Both the position numbers and the translations under genes were made by a program. A model generated the notes under the pieces. That model was given only the letters and a program-made list of their open reading frames with translations, had not been told where the DNA came from and did not search any database. A stretch of DNA of 64,000 nt, taken from assembly GCA_015063695.1 (NCBI GenBank), contig SVTQ01000006.1, forward strand, positions 8,718 through 72,717, given 5' to 3'. Origin of the DNA: Oscillospiraceae bacterium (GTDB lineage Bacteria; Bacillota; Clostridia; Oscillospirales; CAG-272). This document shows positions 37,163 through 45,615 of this stretch, one piece after another; the stretch's first letter is position 1, and the number at the start of each line of letters is the position of its first letter.

Positions 37163-37615
37163 TTATTCTCTGCCGTTTATTCTTTTGGAAATGGAGCTGT
37201 TTTTGTAATAAACGTCCTCCGTGACGTCTTTACCGAACCATGAAGGCGGCTCGAAGGAAAGGGCTTCTTCGACCGTCGGAAATTCAATTTCCAGGGCGAA
37301 AAGTCCTTCGTTTTCTCCCGTGTAAACGTCGTATTCGGCGGTGTAGTCTCCTAAAGGAATTCTGTACCGCGTTTTCTCAACGGGCTTTTCGGTGCATCCT
37401 TCAAGAAGGCGTTTCGCCTCTTCTTTCGCAAGCTCTCTTTCTTTTTCCTCGCGAGAGATACCTGATCCCGATTTTTCGGTGAGAAAATAAGTCCCGTCAA
37501 TGAGCCGTACCCTTCTTTCGGGCTTGTAAGACAGATACCACTGACGGATCTCAGCACCGTGAAGACCTGAAACGTCGGGCTTTTTTGCCACAAGGAATTT
37601 TCTTTCGATTTCCAT
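37163..37615 (-). CDS. CYTH-domain protein (triphosphatase/CyaB-like)
   Basis: ATG 37615 after GGGAGG. MEIERKFLV carries the ExExK motif. About 150 aa. Confidence 0.75.
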   Translation of the reverse strand: MEIERKFLVAKKPDVSGLHGAEIRQWYLSYKPERRVRLIDGTYFLTEKSGSGISREEKERELAKEEAKRLLEGCTEKPVEKTRYRIPLGDYTAEYDVYTGENEGLFALEIEFPTVEEALSFEPPSWFGKDVTEDVYYKNSSISKRINGRE

Positions 37616-37721
37616 AATAACCTCCCGTCTGTGTGGTTTACAGTATGATTTTAGCATAACAAACGCCCGTATTCAAGGATTTTCGGAAAACGGCATAAAA
37701 TATTATAAAATTGGTTTGTCC

Positions 37722-37750
37722 TTGACGAAAGAGGAAAAATGTAGTATAAT
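37722..37750 (+). promoter_or_regulatory. sigma-A promoter
   Basis: TTGACG (37722-27), a 17-nt spacer, then TATAAT (37745-50). Confidence 0.6.
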
Positions 37751-37818
37751 TTATAAAAATACCGGACGTAAAAAATAATGTTGTTTTACTTTCTAACTTA
37801 ATTTTTGAGAGGTATATA

Positions 37819-38964
37819 ATGAAAAACAACTGCAAGCTGCAGGAATGTCCCATCGAAGAAACCCTTCAGAGCATCTGCACTATTTTCGGTGTGCCCGGAA
37901 CCTTCGAAAAATACGAAGTTATCATAATGGGTAACATCAACAACACTTATAAGGTCACCTACCGCCATCCCGACGGATTTCTTAAGTCCTACGTGGTACA
38001 GAAGGTAAACATGTACGTGTTCAAAAAGCCCAGGCAGATAATGAACAACATCGACCTTATCACTACTCATATAAAGAATAAGAATTTTGCATGCGGAATA
38101 ACGGACACGCGCCGTTTTATGCATTTTTATCACACTCATAACGGAAAGCGTAAGAATTATTATCTTGATAATAATCACGGTTTCTGGAGAGTCAGCAAAT
38201 ATATTGAAAATTCCGAGACTTATAATGTTTGCGACGACCTTTTTGTTCTTGAAGAAGCGGGTCGCGCCTTCGGTAAGTTCCAGAATGCTCTCTCCGATTT
38301 CGATGCCCAGAAGCTTTACGAGACAATTCCCGATTTCCATAACACGAAAAAGAGAATGAATGATTTCCTTGTTCACGTAAATGAGGATAGCTGTGACAGA
38401 GTGGAATCCGTATACGAAGAAATTGACTATATCAAGGGGCTTCGAGACAGAGTTTGCGTGCTCACGGAAATGCTCGAGAGAAAAGAGCTTCCCCTCAGAG
38501 TAACTCATAATGACACAAAGATAAACAACGTTCTCTTTGACGGAGAGACCAAGCAGGCTCTCGTGGTTATCGACCTTGATACGGTAATGCCCGGTCTTGT
38601 TGCCCATGACTTCGGTGATGCTGTAAGATTTGCAGCTAACACTGCGGCAGAGGATGAAATGGACCTCTCAAAGGTAGCCTTTGACCTTGAGAAATACGAG
38701 GCTTTTGCAAGAGGCTTTATTCCCGAAGTGAAGGATGCCCTTACGGAAAACGAGGTAAAGACCCTTGCTCTCGGCGCTCTCACTATGACAGTCGAGCTTG
38801 CGGAGAGATTTCTTGACGACTATATCACGGGAGATAACTATTTTAAGATCAAGTATCCCGGCCACAATATCGTCAGAACAAGATGTCAGATCGCTCTCGC
38901 CAAGGATATGGAGAGAAAGTTTGACGAGATGCAAAGCATCGTAGAAAGAATTTACAAAGAATAA
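37819..38964 (+). CDS. APH-fold phosphotransferase, N-acetylhexosamine-1-kinase (NahK)-like sugar kinase
   Basis: GNINNTYKV nucleotide loop, catalytic HNDTKINNVLF and VIDLDT. About 381 aa. Substrate unknown. Confidence 0.55.
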   Translation: MKNNCKLQECPIEETLQSICTIFGVPGTFEKYEVIIMGNINNTYKVTYRHPDGFLKSYVVQKVNMYVFKKPRQIMNNIDLITTHIKNKNFACGITDTRRFMHFYHTHNGKRKNYYLDNNHGFWRVSKYIENSETYNVCDDLFVLEEAGRAFGKFQNALSDFDAQKLYETIPDFHNTKKRMNDFLVHVNEDSCDRVESVYEEIDYIKGLRDRVCVLTEMLERKELPLRVTHNDTKINNVLFDGETKQALVVIDLDTVMPGLVAHDFGDAVRFAANTAAEDEMDLSKVAFDLEKYEAFARGFIPEVKDALTENEVKTLALGALTMTVELAERFLDDYITGDNYFKIKYPGHNIVRTRCQIALAKDMERKFDEMQSIVERIYKE

Positions 38965-39023
38965 AGAATAACGTAGGTGCCGCCGCAGATGCGGCGGCAT
39001 TTAAACTGTTTCGGAGGAATAAA

Positions 39024-40235
39024 ATGAAACTTATGTTTCCCGCCGTGGAGTACGGCAGAGTGTCAAAGCTCAGAAAATCCTGGTTCAATTACCATGGATG
39101 GCCCTCAGTGTGCCGTGACGACAGAGGAGTGCTTTATGCAACCGCCTCCGCCTTCCGCCTCTCCCACGTTTGTCCCGCAGGTAAAAACTGTATGTACATG
39201 AGCCTTGACGAGGGCAAGACCTGGTCTTCTCCCATAGTTGTCAATGACTCCTTTGCCGATGACCGCGATACGGGAATATTGTATCTCGGTGACGGCAAAA
39301 TGCTTATGAGCTGGTTCTCCATCGGCTCCGAGGACTATTATGAGCATATCCAGAATTACGACTGGTTCGGCGCAGATGCCAAAAAGCTTGTTAAAGGCTT
39401 CGGCGAAGCGATAAAGATCATGTCCGAGGAAGAGTTCAGAAAAGTTTGCGGTTCCTTCGTAATGCTTTCCGACGATTACGGAATGACATGGGGAGAGCCC
39501 ATAAGAGTTCCCGTAACAGCTCCCCACGGTCCCTGCGTATGCAAGGACGGAACTATCGTTTATATCGGTAACCGTATGGACAGACCGGAGACAGACGAGA
39601 ACGGCGAGTGGGTGCATCCTCCCATTGCCGCCTGCGTCAGCCGCGACGGCGGTAAGACCTGGACTATTGCAGGCGAAATTCCCGACGGCGATATTATTAC
39701 AAGTCTTAATACCTATGAGCCTCACGTGGTAGAGCTTCCGAGCGGCAGACTTCTCGGTGCCATCCGCGTTCACTGTAATGACCTTGACCCCTTCTTTACG
39801 GTGTTTACAACATACTCCGACGATAAGGGCGAAACATGGTCAAAACCCGAGTGCATAGGAGTTGACGGAAGCCCGCCTCATCTTATGGTACATTCAAGCG
39901 GAGCGGTTATCTGTTCTTATTCAAGAAGAACAAACGGTATCCGTTCCGAAAGAGCGGTTGTCAGCTACGACGGCGGCGAGACCTGGACTGAGGATTACAC
40001 TATTGACGACAGACTTGACTATGTCTGTGATATGGGATACCCTGCCTCCGTTGAGCTTTCCGACGGAAGAATTCTCACCGTTTACTATCAGAGATGGCCC
40101 GGCGAAAATCCGCCTAACGTCCTTTGCTCAACGTGGAAGCTGGGCGATAATTCGGGCGGAGACGAAGCTCTTGAAGCATTTTTGAAGCTTGATGCGGAAA
40201 TGAAGGAGCGCCGCCGCCTTGAAGAACAGGGCTGA
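39024..40235 (+). CDS. BNR/Asp-box repeat protein (sialidase-like beta-propeller), no signal peptide
   Basis: Five SxDxGxTW boxes: SLDEGKTWS, SDDYGMTWG, SRDGGKTWT, SDDKGETWS and SYDGGETWT. Confidence 0.7.
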   Translation: MKLMFPAVEYGRVSKLRKSWFNYHGWPSVCRDDRGVLYATASAFRLSHVCPAGKNCMYMSLDEGKTWSSPIVVNDSFADDRDTGILYLGDGKMLMSWFSIGSEDYYEHIQNYDWFGADAKKLVKGFGEAIKIMSEEEFRKVCGSFVMLSDDYGMTWGEPIRVPVTAPHGPCVCKDGTIVYIGNRMDRPETDENGEWVHPPIAACVSRDGGKTWTIAGEIPDGDIITSLNTYEPHVVELPSGRLLGAIRVHCNDLDPFFTVFTTYSDDKGETWSKPECIGVDGSPPHLMVHSSGAVICSYSRRTNGIRSERAVVSYDGGETWTEDYTIDDRLDYVCDMGYPASVELSDGRILTVYYQRWPGENPPNVLCSTWKLGDNSGGDEALEAFLKLDAEMKERRRLEEQG

Positions 40236-40298
40236 GCTTTTTCGGACGAAAAAGAAAAAGATAAGTAAAACTATGATTTCAAAAACTGAGGATAAAAT

Positions 40299-41711
40299 AT
40301 GAGAAAAACCAAGATAATCTGTACTCTCGGTCCCGGCTGTGCAAATAAAGAGACACTTAAGGAAATGTGTCTCGCGGGCATGAACGTTGCGAGAATAAAC
40401 TTTTCCCACGGCGACCACTCACAGCATAAAAAGATGATAGACCTTATTAAAGAGGTGCGCGAAGAGCTGGGTCTCCCCATTGCTATCATGCTTGATACCA
40501 AGGGTCCCGAGTACCGTATCAGATCCTTTAAAGACGGAAAGATCACACTTAATGACGGCGACACGTTCACCTTTACTACCGATGAGATCGAAGGGGATGA
40601 AGCTGCTGTTTCCGTAAACTACAAGGGACTCATCGATGACCTTGAAGTGGGAGACACTATCCTTGTAAACAACGGTCTCGTAGTGTTTATCGTAACCGAG
40701 CTTACAGGCAGCAGAGCTGTATGTAAGGTTGTAACGGGCGGTGTTCTTTCCAATCAGAAGAGTATGAGCTTCCCCGGAAAGGTGCTCAGACAGACCTTCC
40801 TCAGCGAGCAGGATAAGAGTGACCTTCTTTTCGGCATTGAAAACGATATCGACTACGTTGCCGCATCCTTTGTTTCCAGCAAGCAGGACGTTCTTGATAT
40901 GAAGGAATTTATCTGCAGAAACGGCGGTGATGAAATAGGTATCGTTGCGAAGATAGAAAACAGCACAGGCGTTGAGAATATCGTTGAGATTTGTTCCGAG
41001 TGCGAAGGTGTCATGGTCGCAAGAGGCGACCTCGGCGTTGAGATCCCCTTTAAAGAGCTTCCCGCCGTGCAGAAAAGACTCATCACCGCCTGCCGTATGC
41101 TTGGTAAGAGAGTTATCACAGCGACTGAAATGCTTGAGTCCATGATAAACAATCCCCGCCCCACAAGAGCAGAGATCTCCGACGTTGCCAATGCTGTTTA
41201 CGACGGTACAAGTGCAGTTATGCTCTCTGCTGAAACCGCAGTAGGTAAATATCCCGTAAAGACCATTAAGATCATGAGTGATATCTGCGAAGAATCAGAA
41301 AAGAATATCGACTATAACAAGAAGTTCCACGATGCGGACTTTAAAATCAGAAACAATATCGACGCTGTTTCCTATGCGGCGTGCAGTATGGCTATCGGTG
41401 TGGGAGCAAAGGCTATTGCCGTTTGCTCACTTTCAGGCTCTACTGTTCGAATGGTATCCCGTTTCCGTCCCGTTGAGCCGATCGTTGGTCTTACCATAAA
41501 TGAAAAAGCTTGGAGAAAGCTGTCTCTTTCGTGGGGTGTTGTGCCCATCCTCTTCGAAGAATATCCTTCTTCCGAGGTAATGTTCTACACAGCTTCTAAG
41601 CTGACTCAGAAAAAACTGGGTCTCCGGAAGGGCGATAATATCATCGTTGTGGGCGGTACCACCAGCGGACGCTCGGGATACACCAATACCATAAGACTTG
41701 AAATGGTCTGA
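40299..41711 (+). CDS. pyk: pyruvate kinase
   Basis: MRKTKIICTLGP...MNVARINFSHG...MLDTKGPEYR...MVARGDLGVEIP. 470 aa. Confidence 0.95.
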   Translation: MRKTKIICTLGPGCANKETLKEMCLAGMNVARINFSHGDHSQHKKMIDLIKEVREELGLPIAIMLDTKGPEYRIRSFKDGKITLNDGDTFTFTTDEIEGDEAAVSVNYKGLIDDLEVGDTILVNNGLVVFIVTELTGSRAVCKVVTGGVLSNQKSMSFPGKVLRQTFLSEQDKSDLLFGIENDIDYVAASFVSSKQDVLDMKEFICRNGGDEIGIVAKIENSTGVENIVEICSECEGVMVARGDLGVEIPFKELPAVQKRLITACRMLGKRVITATEMLESMINNPRPTRAEISDVANAVYDGTSAVMLSAETAVGKYPVKTIKIMSDICEESEKNIDYNKKFHDADFKIRNNIDAVSYAACSMAIGVGAKAIAVCSLSGSTVRMVSRFRPVEPIVGLTINEKAWRKLSLSWGVVPILFEEYPSSEVMFYTASKLTQKKLGLRKGDNIIVVGGTTSGRSGYTNTIRLEMV

Positions 41712-41806
41712 GAGACTTCCGGCAATAAAGGGTTTGGCAAAAAAGACAAATTATCACATGAATCGCTCGCCTACCCAATGAGCCCAGCTGATTAACAAAC
41801 GAAAAA

Positions 41807-41843
41807 ATACTGGCCATCAAAACGGTGGTCAGTATTTTTGTTT
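41807..41843. terminator. terminator after pyk
   Basis: ATACTGGCCAT / GTGGTCAGTAT imperfect stem followed by TTTTGTTT. Confidence 0.55.
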
Positions 41844-41883
41844 GAATGTAATATGAATTTGTCTTGGATGGTTTTCATACCTG

Positions 41884-42537
41884 TTATATGAAAATTACTT
41901 CGTACCCGTCGAAACATCTCAGAAAGTTAGTGATTAATTCTTGAACATATTTTTCACCGTTTTTATAGATGCCGTTGTCTTCGGCATCTTTGAGTCCGAG
42001 GGCTTCCATTTCTGTTACAAGCTGTTTGTATTGACTAAAATCTATGGGATTTAAAATATTATTGTCTTCAATACATTCGACGGTTTCCCATATAATATAG
42101 TTATCATTCACGGCTATTTCCGGCAGAGCAATGTAAATCTTGCAACTATCGTTATCAACAACCGGATTGATTTCAGAAAGATCATATCCAACCTTAACAA
42201 TACCTTTACACTTGAGTGTTGTGTTGTTAGTTGTTCCGGGAACGGGGATATCATCAAGAAAATATCTGGTGTAGTCAGCACTCTTTGTCACTTCATACTC
42301 TGATGCATATGTAGAAAGTTCACTGATTTTAACAAGTTCACTGTTAATCTCTTCAATCGTAATTACCCTTTTTTCTTGTTCACCGGGGAGTTTTAGGTTA
42401 TCGCTATTTGATGTATTGTCTACGATTTCGGCATCGGGCAACTGATTAATGCCTGCAAAATATCCACCTACAAAGGTTAGACCGATTACTAGGATTGATG
42501 ATATGATAACGGTTAATGGTTTTCTGATTTCTTTCAT
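41884..42537 (-). CDS. DUF4230-like membrane-anchored protein
   Basis: N-terminal TM LTVIISSILVIGLTFVGGYFA. The pattern ELSTYASEYEVT...KGIVKVGYDLSEI...IYIALPEIAVND matches what I recall of DUF4230. SD is TAGGAGGGA. Confidence 0.55.
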   Translation of the reverse strand: MKEIRKPLTVIISSILVIGLTFVGGYFAGINQLPDAEIVDNTSNSDNLKLPGEQEKRVITIEEINSELVKISELSTYASEYEVTKSADYTRYFLDDIPVPGTTNNTTLKCKGIVKVGYDLSEINPVVDNDSCKIYIALPEIAVNDNYIIWETVECIEDNNILNPIDFSQYKQLVTEMEALGLKDAEDNGIYKNGEKYVQELITNFLRCFDGYEVIFI

Positions 42538-42550
42538 TTTATCCCTCCTA

Positions 42551-42649
42551 TTAGAACCATGCGGTAATCAACACAACAAGGTAAAAGACTGCCACAAGGC
42601 TTCCAATACCTCCAATGATACCCAACAATGTACTTCCTGCTTTTTTCAT
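42551..42649 (-). CDS. 32-aa hydrophobic micro-protein (MKKAGSTLLGIIGGIGSLVAVFYLVVLITAWF)
   Basis: Not in the ORF track because it is too short. ATG 42649 lies 7 nt after AAAGGAGAA. The stop is 13 nt before the DUF4230 start. It contains a single predicted TM helix. Confidence 0.4.
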   Translation of the reverse strand: MKKAGSTLLGIIGGIGSLVAVFYLVVLITAWF

Positions 42650-42776
42650 AACATTTTCTCCTTTGAATTTTTTCGTAAACATCTTTTGTTTACACTTATA
42701 TTGTAATTCTTTTGTCGAACTTAATAAATCATTGTATCAGCAAAATAAGATTATGTATTTCATCTGTTTTTTCAAA

Positions 42777-42992
42777 TTAAGCGACATACGAGAGAACCGA
42801 ATCAAGCATACAAGTAACCAACTCTTTTTCGAGGTCAACCTTTTTAATCGTTAACTGAACTCGGTCACCTTTCTTACCGCACCCATAATAGAAAACAACT
42901 TTATCGGTTTCATCATCCAGAACATAACAACCATGACGATTACAGCCGATAACTTCGCCAACTAAAGTGTTGAATTTCTCGAACATATCCAT
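42777..42992 (-). CDS. 71-aa hypothetical protein, possible S1/OB-fold
   Basis: ATG 42992 lies 8 nt after AAAGGAG. VGEVIGCNRHGCYVLDDETDKVVFYYGCGKKGDRVQLTIKKVD loosely follows the S1-domain pattern. Confidence 0.4.
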   Translation of the reverse strand: MDMFEKFNTLVGEVIGCNRHGCYVLDDETDKVVFYYGCGKKGDRVQLTIKKVDLEKELVTCMLDSVLSYVA

Positions 42993-43005
42993 TTTGTATA
43001 CTCCT

Positions 43006-43131
43006 TTAAGCTTTTTCATTCTTTGTTTTATCGATTATTTTAACTTCAATCCCAACTTGTTTAGCAATTTCAGGATTTTTCTTTTGCTTTTCAAGCAATC
43101 GCAAAGCCAGGATTCTTTCCCTTACATTCAA
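43006..43131 (-). CDS. 41-aa basic micro-protein (MNVRERILALRLLEKQKKNPEIAKQVGIEVKIIDKTKNEKA)
   Basis: Not in the ORF track. TTG 43131 lies 7 nt after GGAGG. The stop is 13 nt before the start of the next gene. Confidence 0.3.
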   Translation of the reverse strand: MNVRERILALRLLEKQKKNPEIAKQVGIEVKIIDKTKNEKA

Positions 43132-43252
43132 AAGAACCACCTCCGGTTTATTTTTCTGCAATTCCTGATTGCATAATTATCATACCACACGTGCAATTAA
43201 AGAAAAATCATCGTATCGGCAAATTAAACGGCATTATTTGTGTTGCATGAGC

Positions 43253-43295
43253 AAATTAAAAACGGCGTTTAGGATTTTGAATCTTAAACGCTGTT
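43253..43295 (-). terminator. terminator after the XRE-like gene
   Basis: AACGGCGTTTAG / CTTAAACGCTGTT stem flanked by A- and T-runs. Confidence 0.55.
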
Positions 43296-43308
43296 TTTTG
43301 GTATGTAT

Positions 43309-43818
43309 TTAGTTGTTTTCGCTGCCAAGACGTTTTGCTTTTTCACACCATAGTTGGATCGCTTCAACCGTCATTGATATTTTTTCAAGCTCTTCAAGAA
43401 TTTTATCGAGGTCGGGTATTTCCGTGTCATCCACTCGACCATCTGCAAGAATTTCCATCAATCGCGTTTTCTTGGCATTGACGGACTCCAAAGATATAGC
43501 CATATTTACAAGAATTTCGTGAACGTTGTCTTTATAGATTACTTCCGGTGCATCTATTGCGCCAATATCACATTGATGGCAACAATAGTAATTTCTAAGC
43601 TCGGGTTTATTGTACACTTTGGAAAGAGCAACAATATCTTCTGGTTGAATTTTAATAGACTCATCTTCGATTTTAACAAGTTTGTATTTGTCTACATAAC
43701 CATATCTGCCGTTTTCGATTTTTAAGATTTCGTCTGCAGCCTTTTCTCGACTCCATCCGAGTGCATCACGAGCTTCTTGATATACGTTTTTGTTTTCCTT
43801 TGTTGATTTTCTTCCCAT
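43309..43818 (-). CDS. XRE-like HTH transcriptional regulator with Cys-containing central region
   Basis: KENKNVYQEARDALGWSREKAADEI is HTH-like. NYYCCHQCDIG... is followed by a C-terminal helical region. It resembles a roughly 170-aa Clostridia XRE family from memory. Confidence 0.5.
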   Translation of the reverse strand: MGRKSTKENKNVYQEARDALGWSREKAADEILKIENGRYGYVDKYKLVKIEDESIKIQPEDIVALSKVYNKPELRNYYCCHQCDIGAIDAPEVIYKDNVHEILVNMAISLESVNAKKTRLMEILADGRVDDTEIPDLDKILEELEKISMTVEAIQLWCEKAKRLGSENN

Positions 43819-43837
43819 AATCCATAAACTCCCTACA

Positions 43838-44959
43838 TTATTTTTTGGGTTTGTTCTTTTTAAGTGTGTGATACTTTATGACAACTTCATCATCCTGTCT
43901 ATAATCTTTGCCTTTATAAAATTCGTCTTCGTCATTGATCGTTATGCTTTCAATTTCGCCATCAGAGGCAAACCAGCCAAGTACAACATCATATATTGGC
44001 TCTAACGATATGTTAACAAAACCTGCTTCTTGAAACTGATTTTGAACTTCAAGGTAATTTCGTTTATCAATTTCATCAGAAGAAAAAGGAGACGATACAG
44101 GTGCGATTGAATGATATCGTACTATTATTTTCGTATCATAAGGGGATTTTTTATCCTTGGTAAAATCGTTGTCATCTTTTATCTTAACTTCAAACACAAC
44201 ATTTTCTAACTCGGCTTGTTCAAGTGTTAAATCCTCAGCCGCCGCAGTTAAAACATTAGTAAATCCTGCATTTTTGAGCTTATCTTCAACCACTTCAAAT
44301 GATAAGCCAACAAGCATCTCGTCATTGTATCCTATCGGAATTAACTTGCTGTATTGATAATATCCTATAAGTGTTAGAATTCCAAGAAGCACTATACAAA
44401 CAAATACGGCAATACCCTTCCTGTGTTTTTTGCAAAACTGTTTTCTTTTTTTCTGTTTTGTAAGCTTTTTTTGATTTTTGTATTGCCTTTTTTGCTGTTC
44501 TTCTTTTTGTCTTTCTTTTTCAATTCGTTTATTTTCTTTGATTGTATCTATATGAGGTTCTAGTTTTTCATAGATTAAATGGTTTAGTTTTTGAGGGATA
44601 TCAGAATCATAATTCTCACTTTTCAGATAGTATTTCCCGGTTAATTTTCCATAATCATTGAAGTCTAGAATAAAGTCCCATAATGAAAGACCGCTTACAG
44701 ATGAAACTGTTACATATATTGCCAAACCATCAATTTCTACGTTTTCGATTCTTTTTATTTTTCTTGTACAGGAAAACACAATTTCATCAAATTCTTCTTT
44801 GCTTAATCCTTCGTCAAAGTTATATACACACGATTTTCGTTTGTTTTCTTTTTGAATTTTTATTTCTTCTTCTTGTCTTGCTTTCTCATTGGATTCTTTG
44901 ATTTTATGTATTCCGTAGAGAGACAGTCCGCCTAAGAACAAATAACTAAAAAAGCCCAT
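43838..44959 (-). CDS. two-TM membrane protein with Lys-rich coiled coil and two PASTA-like C-terminal modules
   Basis: ATG 44959 preferred over GTG 44971, which abuts the SD. TMs are FFSYLFLGGLSLYG and IAVFVCIVLLGILTLIGYY. Repeats LVGLSFEVVEDKLKNAGFTNV and YLEVQNQFQEAGFVNISL are present. Confidence 0.45.
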   Translation of the reverse strand: MGFFSYLFLGGLSLYGIHKIKESNEKARQEEEIKIQKENKRKSCVYNFDEGLSKEEFDEIVFSCTRKIKRIENVEIDGLAIYVTVSSVSGLSLWDFILDFNDYGKLTGKYYLKSENYDSDIPQKLNHLIYEKLEPHIDTIKENKRIEKERQKEEQQKRQYKNQKKLTKQKKRKQFCKKHRKGIAVFVCIVLLGILTLIGYYQYSKLIPIGYNDEMLVGLSFEVVEDKLKNAGFTNVLTAAAEDLTLEQAELENVVFEVKIKDDNDFTKDKKSPYDTKIIVRYHSIAPVSSPFSSDEIDKRNYLEVQNQFQEAGFVNISLEPIYDVVLGWFASDGEIESITINDEDEFYKGKDYRQDDEVVIKYHTLKKNKPKK

Positions 44960-44996
44960 GCAACAGTTCACCTCCTCTACCTTTGTAATCTTTTTA

Positions 44997-45025
44997 ATTA
45001 TATCATATTTCTAAAAATATGACAA
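44997..45025 (-). promoter_or_regulatory. near-consensus sigma-A promoter for the membrane-protein/XRE operon
   Basis: On the minus strand: TTGTCA (45025-20), a 17-nt spacer, then TATAAT (45002-44997). Confidence 0.6.
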
Positions 45026-45114
45026 GATATAACAATGATTGAAAGAAGAAAAGCCTCTCTGCATATCAAACACAAGGAAGCTTTTCGATTAATTTAGACA
45101 TAAAATTCTCCTCG

Positions 45115-45411
45115 TTATTTACCTTCTTTGATAATCCGCCATATTGATCTTTCGGAATAATTGTATTTTTGCGCGAGTTGGGGCACATTTTTACCGTTAT
45201 ATTCCTTAAGAATAGCTTTGTGGGTATATTCTTTTGAGAAAAGTCTGTTTGGAAATGATACTTGTGTGCCGTGAAATAAGTTGAATATTGCAATAGTTTT
45301 TTCAATGCCAATCTCATCTGCAATTTCACGATACACTTCATTAAGTCCGTTAAAATCATCTCCCAAAAGTTCCACATCCCATTTTTTCATTAATATTTCT
45401 TTTATCGACAT
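45115..45411 (-). CDS. Mor-family / CD3324-like small HTH transcription activator
   Basis: ATG 45411 after AGGAG. FHGTQVSFPNRLF...ILKEYNGKNVPQLAQKYNYSERSIWRII matches the Mor C-terminal HTH pattern. Confidence 0.55.
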   Translation of the reverse strand: MSIKEILMKKWDVELLGDDFNGLNEVYREIADEIGIEKTIAIFNLFHGTQVSFPNRLFSKEYTHKAILKEYNGKNVPQLAQKYNYSERSIWRIIKEGK

Positions 45412-45493
45412 AATACCACTCCTGTAACGACATAACAAATGACATTGTCTTTGCATTTGGCAGTATTATTTAGAAAAGTTGATTTTTTGCTCA

Positions 45494-45540
45494 TAAAAAA
45501 GCTCCTTTCCGAACAGAAAGCATTTGTTCGGAAAAGAGCT
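45494..45540 (-). terminator. terminator after tcdA
   Basis: AGCTCCTTTCCGAACA / TGTTCGGAAAAGAGCT stem with a T-run on the minus strand. Confidence 0.7.
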
Positions 45541-45615
45541 TGGAATTTTCGCGAATGATAAAAAGTATATTCGAAAGTAAAAACGGCATACGATATTTAA
45601 AATACATGTTTACAA

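Noticed and set aside
41850-45490. Prophage, ICE or IS annotation for the AT-rich island
   Set aside because: There is no integrase, transposase, terminal inverted repeat, att-like direct repeat or phage structural gene. It is kept as a compositional island of unknown function, not as a mobile_element feature.
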